From: Nannocystales bacterium
GTDB taxonomy: Bacteria > Myxococcota_A > Polyangia > Nannocystales > Nannocystaceae
Direction: 5' to 3'
Assembly: GCA_050633305.1 (NCBI GenBank)
Contig: JBOEGF010000010.1
Coordinates: forward strand, 288,001-352,000
DNA length: 64,000 nucleotides
In this document: in pieces, positions 56,658 through 64,000 of the stretch
How the letters are laid out: each line of letters begins with the position of its first letter
How positions within the stretch are numbered: the stretch's first letter is position 1
Notes under the pieces: generated by a model
What the model saw: the letters and a program-made list of their open reading frames with translations, nothing else
What the model was told of the DNA's origin: nothing
The model's database searches: none
Translations under genes and position numbers: made by a program

Positions 56658-56686
56658 AAGCCCGGGCCGTACCGCCCGGGCTTTTT
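56658..56686. terminator. Intrinsic terminator between convergent genes
   Basis: AAGCCCGGGC-cgtacc-GCCCGGGCTT followed by TTT. Confidence 0.85.
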
Positions 56687-56702
56687 CGTTGCCGCCGTTT
56701 CT

Positions 56703-58364
56703 CTAGAGATCGCGCAAGTCTTCGTCGAGCTTGGTTGCAACGCTCGAAGGCTTCGAAGGCGAGGTTTTGCTTTTCTTCCTCTGTGGGCTCGCGGGAGCCG
56801 TGGTCGAGGGCGACGCCTTCGCCGCAGACGACGATGCGCGGCTGCGTCTCGAGGAACGCTTACGGTTGCTACGTCGTGTCTTCACGCCATCGGGGACAGC
56901 CTTGAACTCTTCGAATCCGTCGGAGAGGCCGATGCACGAATCGTCCGGATCGACGCCCGCTCTGGAACCAGGCGCAGAAGTCGGCACGACGACGCGGTCG
57001 ATGAGGTCCCGTTCCGCTTCGTTGTTTGGGGACCCCTCAAGTGACGCGAGCGCGGCTGCAAACGTGGCGCATGGACGGTCGGCATCGTTGGCTTGCCAGA
57101 GATCGAGCATCGAGTTCCAGCGCTCGTTGACTCGCTCGTTCACACCCTCGCGTTCGGCGAGTGCAGCGAGGAGCTTTCTCCGTTGTCGAAGCGGGAGCAC
57201 TGCACCGAGGTCGGTGCGGTTGACTTGGGAAAGCCAGACAATTGGGTTGCCCTCCGGCTTTGCGGCGGACACCGGCGTTTTCGTGGGCAGCGGCTCCGCT
57301 CCAGGGGGGGCCGGAGGGGCGCCCGCAACGGATGCTGCTGAGGGGGGGCGTACTCCATCCTGTGGGGTCGAGTTGTCGGCTCCGCCGTTGGTTGCGACGA
57401 ACACGAGGCCAGCGGCAGCAACACCGGCGAGCAGCAGCCCAAGTCCCAAGCCGCGTCGCGACTTGGGCGGTTCTTCGAAGACGGGGTCCACACCCGCCGG
57501 GCCCGTCTGGGGTCCGGGTATGCTCGCCGTAGGCTCCGGGTAGTCGCCTTCGTCCGCGGTAGGAATCTCGAACAGTCCGCTCGAGATCGCGGTGATCTCG
57601 GGGCTGGGCAGCCACTCGAGGTCAAACGGCCGCGATGCATCCTCCACGAACTCCGCAAGTCGGAAGCAGGCTTCGCTGGCGAGGGGGCGGAGCCCGGGGT
57701 CTTCAGCGAGCAGGCTCTCGATCACGTCCAGGAGCACGGGCGCGGTGTGTGGAGGAGCAAGAGCCTCCAGGACTCGCCCGGCTGAGAAAATGTCGGAGGC
57801 CTCGGTCGCGACTCCGCTGCGACGGAACTCGGGCGCGAACCAGTGGGGGTCAACGCCACTGACTGGCCCTCGCACTTGTCCAACGACACGCGCGAACGAG
57901 AAGTCCACGATCTGCAGCCGGGGGTAGCCACCTTGTTCGCCGAGCACCACGCCTTTCGGGGTGACATGACCGAGCACGATGCCTTGGTTGTGCAGGTGTT
58001 CCAGACCCCGAAGGAGCTGGAGTCCAACCTCAGCGAGTTCGCGGTCGGGAAGGGACTGACCGATCATCCCCGTAAGCGGTCCGGCGACTGCCATCTCGGT
58101 GACGGTGTAGAGGCTTTGGTCGACGAGTTGTCCGGCACCCAAGGCACTCAAGCAGTTGAGGTGGTCGACGCGTCCGAGGAGCGCGGCGACTGTGCTGAAC
58201 TGTTTGCGAGCAGCCCCCGATGCCGATGGCCCAACGATTCGAACGTCGACCTTGCTCGCATCGGAGATACGGAGACCGACGAACCGGGTCTCGTTGCCGA
58301 GATCCTCGCCGTCGTCCGTGAGCTCGTACAGCCCCTCGATGATCGTGCCCTTGCTTGCTGCCAT
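56703..58364 (-). CDS. Membrane-anchored protein-kinase-fold pseudokinase
   Basis: Kinase scaffold retained (LEHLHNQGIV, WFAPE, SDIFSAG, DP..RP). Catalytic motifs altered: VAIK to VDVR, HRDLKP to LGHVTP, DFG to DFS. Confidence 0.75.
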   Translation of the reverse strand: MAASKGTIIEGLYELTDDGEDLGNETRFVGLRISDASKVDVRIVGPSASGAARKQFSTVAALLGRVDHLNCLSALGAGQLVDQSLYTVTEMAVAGPLTGMIGQSLPDRELAEVGLQLLRGLEHLHNQGIVLGHVTPKGVVLGEQGGYPRLQIVDFSFARVVGQVRGPVSGVDPHWFAPEFRRSGVATEASDIFSAGRVLEALAPPHTAPVLLDVIESLLAEDPGLRPLASEACFRLAEFVEDASRPFDLEWLPSPEITAISSGLFEIPTADEGDYPEPTASIPGPQTGPAGVDPVFEEPPKSRRGLGLGLLLAGVAAAGLVFVATNGGADNSTPQDGVRPPSAASVAGAPPAPPGAEPLPTKTPVSAAKPEGNPIVWLSQVNRTDLGAVLPLRQRRKLLAALAEREGVNERVNERWNSMLDLWQANDADRPCATFAAALASLEGSPNNEAERDLIDRVVVPTSAPGSRAGVDPDDSCIGLSDGFEEFKAVPDGVKTRRSNRKRSSRRSRASSSAAKASPSTTAPASPQRKKSKTSPSKPSSVATKLDEDLRDL

Positions 58365-59266
58365 GTCGTTCCCTACTTTCGACTACTCGTGTGTGCGCCG
58401 GTTCTTCTCGAGAGCTTCGTGCCAGAATGCCGGGCTCTCATCGGGTGAGCGGTCCGAGCATGAGGGTCCGTCCAAGCGTACCAGAACACCATTCGAACGC
58501 TGTATTCTGGCCTTGAGTCCAACCTGGTGGGGCGTGCCAAGTGTCACTACCCCCCGCAAATCTCGCGGGTCTCCGTGCTGAGGCGAGTCGCGATCGTGCC
58601 GGAACGAGACAGCCTTCGAGGACGTCCGTTCGTACTCCGGTGACCGCAAGTGGGGCGAGATGGGGCAGTGTTTTCGTGTGCCAGGTCGCGCGCTCGGAGT
58701 TTTTCAGTCGTCCCCGGTTACAGACAATGCACGCGTTCGGGCCGCGATCACCATCGCGGTGGAGTCGGGGCCTCCCGGACACGTCCGCGCTTCGCCGAGG
58801 TGAAACCGTGGACACCACGACCCGACGCTCCCCGGGACCGACAGAGTCGCGAACTTTCGACCGATTGGAGTGTTCGCTGATGGCTCTTGGGGCAGAGCGC
58901 CGGGGTCGGCAGCACCCGAGGTTCGGGGGCACGCTGCACCGCGGATCGGACCCGGTCGGAGTCCGACGAGCGGTCACGCGATCGCTCATCATTCGTCGGG
59001 GGTGGAGGTGCGCTCTGAACATCGAGACCGTCCTCGCCATGCTCGCGAGACCGACCCGTTTTGAGGCACTCCGCCGAGTCGTCGGGGGTCTCACACACGT
59101 CCTCGAATCACTCTGCCCGACACGTATCTGTTACCATCCCGCGGGCCGCGGACGTTGTTCTGGGGCACATCTCATCGCGCTGGACCGCTCGCGCCAACCC
59201 GCCGCTCACCCCCTTTTTGGGAGGGTGCCGGCCTCAGCGTCCGACCTCAAAGGAGTTCGTCCCCCT

Positions 59267-60766
59267 ATGTCTTCTCGGCTTCCCTTCACGGTTTCCATCC
59301 GCATCGCGGCGCTCTTGCTCGCACCCGTCGCCGGTTGCACGCTCGCAGTGGGCGAGCCCGAGGTCTGCGATGCCGACCTCGAGTGCGTCACCGGATTCGG
59401 CTTTGGCTCTGTTTGCCAGTCCGACGGCTTCTGTTCGGCGCCACCCGAGATCCCGGCACGGTGCGGCCGGACGTATCCCGACGACCTCCTCGACCAGCCA
59501 GCGGAATTCGCCGAGCACATCATCATCGGCTCGCTGTTTTCCTACGAAGCCCACAATGACACGCTTCAAGCAGCCGAGCTTGCGGTGCGTCAGGTAAACC
59601 AGAACGGGGGGCTGGAGGGACGTCGTTTTGGCATCGTGCACTGCGACTACGAGGCCGAGGCGGGCGACAACCTCGATGACATCGAGGCGGTTGAAATGCT
59701 GGCTCCGTACCTCGCCGATACCCTTGGCACGCCTGTGATCGTCGGACCGCGAGGGTCCTCGCGTACGGAGGCCACGTTCAACGCGGTCCGCGACCTCGAT
59801 ACCGTGGTCATCTCCCCGTCGGCGACCTCGCCGGCATTGACGGCGCTCGATGGCGGCAACGGTAGCGACGCGTCGCCGGGGCTGCTTTGGCGAACGGCGC
59901 CGCCTGATTCGCTGCAAAGCCGCGTCATCGCGTCCACGATGCTCGACAGTGGGGTCGCGAACGTTGCGGTCATCTTCCAGCAAGGCGCCTACGGCGAGGC
60001 CTTGGCCGCTTTGTTCCAAGCTGACTTCCTCGCGAATGGCGGCAACAACGTCGAGTCCTTTCCGTTCGAGGCGGGCAACGACTTCTCGACCAGCGTGGCG
60101 ACGGTCTCCACCGGAATCACGGCTGGGGAGATCGACGAAGTTCTCTTCATCTCATCCGACCGCGCCGACTACGTGTCGTTCTTGTTGTCCGTCACGGCAA
60201 CTGATGCTCTGCGGACCGCGTTCACGGAGACGTTGGGCGCCGACGACCGTGGACTCTTCTTCGCGGACACAGCCTACTCGGCGGACATGCTCACCGATAC
60301 CGTGGGCAACGCCGAGGCGTTGTTTGGCAAGATCCGTGGAACACGCCCCGCACCCGCGGAAGGGGCGTTGTTCGACGCATTCGCAGCGGCCTACGTCTCG
60401 ACATACGTCGAAGACTCCACAGGCTCAGCTTACACGCCGCACGCCTACGACGCGGCATGGATGAGCATCTACGGCATCGCCTGGGCGACGTTCAACGAGT
60501 CGGAGGTCAACGGAACAACCGTTGCACGCGGTCTTCGCAAGATGTCCGGTGGGACCGACTACGACATCACGCCCACCACGTGGACGAGTGTCGTCAACGA
60601 GTTCCGCTCTGGGTCTTCCGTCAATGTGACGGGTGCATCGGGAACCCTCGACTACGATTCAACCACTGAGGAGACCACCGCGCCGATCGAAACCTGGGTC
60701 GTGGTGGTGAACGAGGATGAGCAGAGCGGGTACGGGTTCGAGCGCGCGGCGCTGACTCAACCGTAG
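59267..60766 (+). CDS. LivK-like (Peripla_BP_6) substrate-binding lipoprotein with Cys-rich N-terminus
   Basis: Lipobox VAGC; ELAV.QVNQNGG, ISPSATSPALT, WRTAPPDSLQ, AYDA and GASGTLD motifs. Start placed at ATG 59267. Confidence 0.85.
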   Translation: MSSRLPFTVSIRIAALLLAPVAGCTLAVGEPEVCDADLECVTGFGFGSVCQSDGFCSAPPEIPARCGRTYPDDLLDQPAEFAEHIIIGSLFSYEAHNDTLQAAELAVRQVNQNGGLEGRRFGIVHCDYEAEAGDNLDDIEAVEMLAPYLADTLGTPVIVGPRGSSRTEATFNAVRDLDTVVISPSATSPALTALDGGNGSDASPGLLWRTAPPDSLQSRVIASTMLDSGVANVAVIFQQGAYGEALAALFQADFLANGGNNVESFPFEAGNDFSTSVATVSTGITAGEIDEVLFISSDRADYVSFLLSVTATDALRTAFTETLGADDRGLFFADTAYSADMLTDTVGNAEALFGKIRGTRPAPAEGALFDAFAAAYVSTYVEDSTGSAYTPHAYDAAWMSIYGIAWATFNESEVNGTTVARGLRKMSGGTDYDITPTTWTSVVNEFRSGSSVNVTGASGTLDYDSTTEETTAPIETWVVVVNEDEQSGYGFERAALTQP

Positions 60767-60855
60767 TGAGCCCATCGGAGCCCCGCCCGCCGACGAAGCG
60801 GGTGGGGGGGGCGGACCGCGCGATGCCGGCTCCACCGCACCTTCACGGCGCCCTC

Positions 60856-61743
60856 TTAGAGTTCCATCAGGAGCTGCTGCGCAGGGACGTCACCATACTG
60901 GACGGCCTTCTGCAGATGGGTTCGTGCCTTGGCTCTTCGGCCCAGGGCCATGTACGCCTGTGCGAGGAGACGGCGGTTGTCGGCCTTGCGAGGCTCGATC
61001 TCTACGGCAGATCGCAAGTGGTTGAGAGCTCTGCGGGGTTGATTCCGGCGCAGCGCGATCTTGCCGAGCCCAGCGTGTGCCATTCGGTTCTTCGGTTGCG
61101 CGGCGAGGGCTCGTTCGAACATTTTTTGCGCCGTAGCGTTGTTGCCGTCCTTGAGTTGACGGTTGCCGATCGTCGCCCACTTTCGAGCCGAAGCACGGTT
61201 GTCGGGTGCTTCCTCGACCGGAGCGACGACGGCCACCGGCTCGGGCTCATCCACCTCGGCTCGAAGCACGACGGCTGCGGCCGGTTGGGGTACAGCCGCG
61301 GGTTCGGCACTGGCACTGGTGGGAGCGAGGCTCCAACCGAGCAATATGACAGCGACACTTGCGGCCGCTGCCGTTCCCATGATCCAGCCGAACGAGCGAC
61401 GCCGCGGCTGCCAGGTCACGAGCGAGTCAGAGGGGGTGGGAGCGCTCGTTGACAACGCTGCAACCGCGGCCGCGGCTGGACTCGGGTTCGTAGCGCGAGG
61501 CTCCAGACATGGAACGGGCTCTGCGACTCGGGTTGCGACCGCCGAGTGGGTTGGGTCGAGCGGCTGCGTCGGTCGCGGTTGGGCCTGGAGCACGGGGTGA
61601 GGCTCGGGCTGCGGCTCGTGTTCAACCTCCATGATCGCCGACAGCTCCAACAGCGGAATCGAGTCAGCGGGTCCCCATTCGTCTTCGATTGGAAGCACGT
61701 CCGACTCCGACAACTCGATCGCGGTTGGCTTGAGCGCTGTCAT
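60856..61743 (-). CDS. Single-TM protein with C-terminal TPRs
   Basis: FERALAAQPKNRMAHAGLG and AVEIEPRKADNRRLLAQAY repeats. Confidence 0.75.
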   Translation of the reverse strand: MTALKPTAIELSESDVLPIEDEWGPADSIPLLELSAIMEVEHEPQPEPHPVLQAQPRPTQPLDPTHSAVATRVAEPVPCLEPRATNPSPAAAAVAALSTSAPTPSDSLVTWQPRRRSFGWIMGTAAAASVAVILLGWSLAPTSASAEPAAVPQPAAAVVLRAEVDEPEPVAVVAPVEEAPDNRASARKWATIGNRQLKDGNNATAQKMFERALAAQPKNRMAHAGLGKIALRRNQPRRALNHLRSAVEIEPRKADNRRLLAQAYMALGRRAKARTHLQKAVQYGDVPAQQLLMEL

Positions 61744-61875
61744 CCCCAATGCTTTAGCATTGGATCTGCGCGTGCTGCAAATTACAAAAATGCTACGGTG
61801 TGAAAGGGTGATATCGCGCATGGGCGGAGTGTCGTGTCGCCCGCGTCGACCGGCCGGATCTGCTTCGAAGCCCCG

Positions 61876-62331
61876 CTAGCCAAGCTGAGGGGGAGCATCA
61901 GCGGGAGTGGGTGGTCCGCGCAACGCCGTGATGAGGACGCCCACGAGATCGGACTCGGTGACGATCCCAACGAGAGCATCACCATCGATCACCGGAAGGC
62001 ATCCGATCTTGCGACCGTGCATCAAGTTCGCGGCTTCGAGCAAGGGGGTCGTGGGCGTGACGACGCGGATGTCACAACTCATGATCTCACCGATCGCGAT
62101 CTGACGCCGATACACCCTTGCGTCGTTCTCGTCGAGGCCGGCCAAGCAACTCGCCGCAGCCGAGAGCAGGTCGCGGTCCGAAACAATGCCGACAAGCTCG
62201 CCGTTGTCACCGAGCACGGGAAGGTGGCGGACCTCGATGGTCTTCATCAGTTGGTCGGCCAAGCTCACCGTCTCCTTCGCGATGAGGGTGACCAGCTCCG
62301 TCGACATCACATCACGAACGAGTATCGCCAC
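61876..62331 (-). CDS. CBS-domain pair protein
   Basis: VRDVM..VRHLPV..LVGIVSDRD and IGCLPV..LVGIVTESD; GGAGG RBS before GTG 62331. Confidence 0.9.
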   Translation of the reverse strand: MAILVRDVMSTELVTLIAKETVSLADQLMKTIEVRHLPVLGDNGELVGIVSDRDLLSAAASCLAGLDENDARVYRRQIAIGEIMSCDIRVVTPTTPLLEAANLMHGRKIGCLPVIDGDALVGIVTESDLVGVLITALRGPPTPADAPPQLG

Positions 62332-62427
62332 GTCGATCAGCCTCCCCGCGACCGCGACCCGCTGCAAGCGCCGTTCTTGCCGGCTGCTCGCCGACGAGCG
62401 AGCAAACCGTGCTGCCGACCTTGCCGA

Positions 62428-63354
62428 CTAGGGGACGAGTCGGCAGACGCCGACGTGTTCGTAGCCGGCTGGGGCTTGGTCCTCTTCGTAGAACGGCTGG
62501 CAGACCTGCCCTTCGTCCGGACAGACGTCGGCGATATCGAGGGTGTGGTCGCACAGTTGTGCACAGCAACCTCCGCCTTCACCGCCATCGCATCCGGAGA
62601 CCCCAAGCCCCTCGGCGGGGAGACACGTCGTCAGACCCGCGCAAGCGGCGAGCGGCGCGCCCTCGAGCGAGCACTCGTCACCGTATGTCGGACTAGTGCC
62701 GTCGTCTTGGGGGAAACAGCTCCATGGGTCTCCTGCGACTACGGGTTCACACTCCTGCGCGGAGCCCAGCGAGTTCGGACACGCCGGACCGAACGGATCG
62801 CATTCCTGCGACCCGATGCCGCCCAGACCTTGGCACAGGCACTCGCACGGGCCGGGGTCCGAGTCGTCGTAGTGGCACTCGAAGTAGTCCTGGAAGCCAT
62901 CGCCGCAGGGCGTTGGGCCCGAGAACCACTCGTACGTGCCGTCCTCCAGCTCGCGCGTGAAGACGGAAGTGTCCTCAACGCAAGAAGACGTCGTGGCACA
63001 GCCGTCGCCGATGTATTCGGATGCGACGCACCGTCCGACTGGCGCGCCTTCGAGATCGCAGGTGGCGTCGGTGGTGTGCATGTCCACCCACAGACAGCTT
63101 GATTCGAAGTCGCCGGGCACCGCCGCACATGCAGCAGCGTCGGTCGCGGCTGCACAGACGGCCGGCTCGCCCCCCGAGGAGGACGCTTCGCCTGTCGGCT
63201 CAAATCCGCCGCTGGATGTGCCGGCTACGCCTCCGGAGGTCTCCTCTCCCACGGTCGAGCCGAGCTCCGTCGACTCGGGATCGCAGCCGAAGAGAGGGAC
63301 GGCGAAAAGCAGGGACGCAGCCGATACAAGCCAGTTGGTCATCAACGTCTTCAT
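62428..63354 (-). CDS. Cys-rich myxobacterial lipoprotein
   Basis: Lipobox LFGC; CDPFGPAC and GCCAQLCD...GYEHVGVC motifs. Confidence 0.8.
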   Translation of the reverse strand: MKTLMTNWLVSAASLLFAVPLFGCDPESTELGSTVGEETSGGVAGTSSGGFEPTGEASSSGGEPAVCAAATDAAACAAVPGDFESSCLWVDMHTTDATCDLEGAPVGRCVASEYIGDGCATTSSCVEDTSVFTRELEDGTYEWFSGPTPCGDGFQDYFECHYDDSDPGPCECLCQGLGGIGSQECDPFGPACPNSLGSAQECEPVVAGDPWSCFPQDDGTSPTYGDECSLEGAPLAACAGLTTCLPAEGLGVSGCDGGEGGGCCAQLCDHTLDIADVCPDEGQVCQPFYEEDQAPAGYEHVGVCRLVP

Positions 63355-63386
63355 GCCCGCTTCGTCTCCACAACGGTGCTCGTCTG

Positions 63387-63998
63387 TCATTCTCGACCAG
63401 GAGTTTCTTCGAGGTCGCACGCGAGGCGGACCTGGCCGGCCAGCGTTGCGTTGGGGTGCGCCTTCACGAAGATTCGCCCACGACCCCGGCCCTGGGTGTT
63501 CTTACCAAGCCGGCACAACGCGATCGCCCGATACGCGCGGCGCTCGACCGCGAGTTCGCCGTGGGGGAAGCGTGAAGCGTGCCGATCCAGGGTCGCGAGT
63601 ACGTCCGAAGGCTGGCCTGCCTCGAGACCTCGACGAACGGCGCCGATGAGGGTGACCTCCTCGCGAAGGGAGTCCGTGGGCGGGATTTCGAAGCTGCGCT
63701 TGGACCGTCGGTTCACGGACTCGATGGACGCAGGCGCGGGGGGATCTTCGGGCTGCGGCGGCACTTCGGGCAATGCAACCTGCGGCGAAGGAGCTGTGGG
63801 TGGAACGGGGGGGGCATCCGAAGTTGGACTTTCGGGCACCGTGACCTGGGCGAGCGGTGGTTCGTCCGGCGTCAGCGCACGGGCTCCGAGGACCCCAACG
63901 AAACCCAACGCAGTGATGGCCGCGGCGCCCTTCCAGAGGCTGGCGAGGATCACTGGCGTGGCGTTCATTCGAAGCGCCAACAGAGCCGCAACCCGTCG
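63387..63998 (-). CDS. TM protein with C-terminal TPR-like domain (myxobacterial anti-sigma-type); 5' end probably truncated
   Basis: LREEVTLIGAVRRGL...HASRFPHGELAVERRAYRAIALC; the frame is open to the window edge. Confidence 0.65.
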   Translation of the reverse strand, partial: RRVAALLALRMNATPVILASLWKGAAAITALGFVGVLGARALTPDEPPLAQVTVPESPTSDAPPVPPTAPSPQVALPEVPPQPEDPPAPASIESVNRRSKRSFEIPPTDSLREEVTLIGAVRRGLEAGQPSDVLATLDRHASRFPHGELAVERRAYRAIALCRLGKNTQGRGRGRIFVKAHPNATLAGQVRLACDLEETPGRE

Positions 63999-64000
63999 GG

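Noticed and set aside
58541..59266. 242-aa N-terminal extension of the substrate-binding protein
   Set aside because: It is Arg/Ser-rich non-protein-like sequence; an AGGAG and a lipoprotein signal support a start at 59267.

Overview
GC-rich, gene-dense window. The gene content (Ser/Thr kinase-TPR proteins, Cys-rich lipoproteins, TIGR04551-like barrel) points to a myxobacterium, probably Nannocystaceae-like; that is an inference. I found no rRNA, tRNA, CRISPR array, integrase or transposase. Main blocks: (1) a tightly coupled 7-gene periplasmic nitrate reductase operon (16.6-8.9 kb, minus strand). It has no napC/GH/D; instead napA sits with a tetraheme cytochrome, an NrfC/DsrO-like 4Fe-4S protein, an NrfD/DsrP-like membrane subunit, an internally duplicated tetraheme NapB, a 95-aa unknown and an outer-membrane barrel. 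(2) tolQ-tolR-tolA-tolA'-tolB, with a tandem tolA duplication and no pal. (3) A kinase/ECF pair and a DUF1963 gene, lying between a 32-bp segment of tolB and a near-identical copy of it; the copy ends a small leaderless gene whose promoter carries a Fur box. (4) A sigma54/AcoR-controlled aldB-DUF779 unit. (5) The best candidate for an undescribed system: a polyhydroxyalkanoate locus. phaR, a phasin-like gene and a FabG/PhaB-like gene face a coupled operon of lipoprotein, lipoprotein esterase, outer-membrane barrel, paralogous lipoprotein, mini-PhaE, acyl-CoA ligase and class III PhaC, with TGC-N3-GCA PhaR-type boxes at all three promoters. (6) A pseudokinase/TPR module with a shared C-terminal motif. 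All product calls come from motif recognition by eye; no database searches were run.
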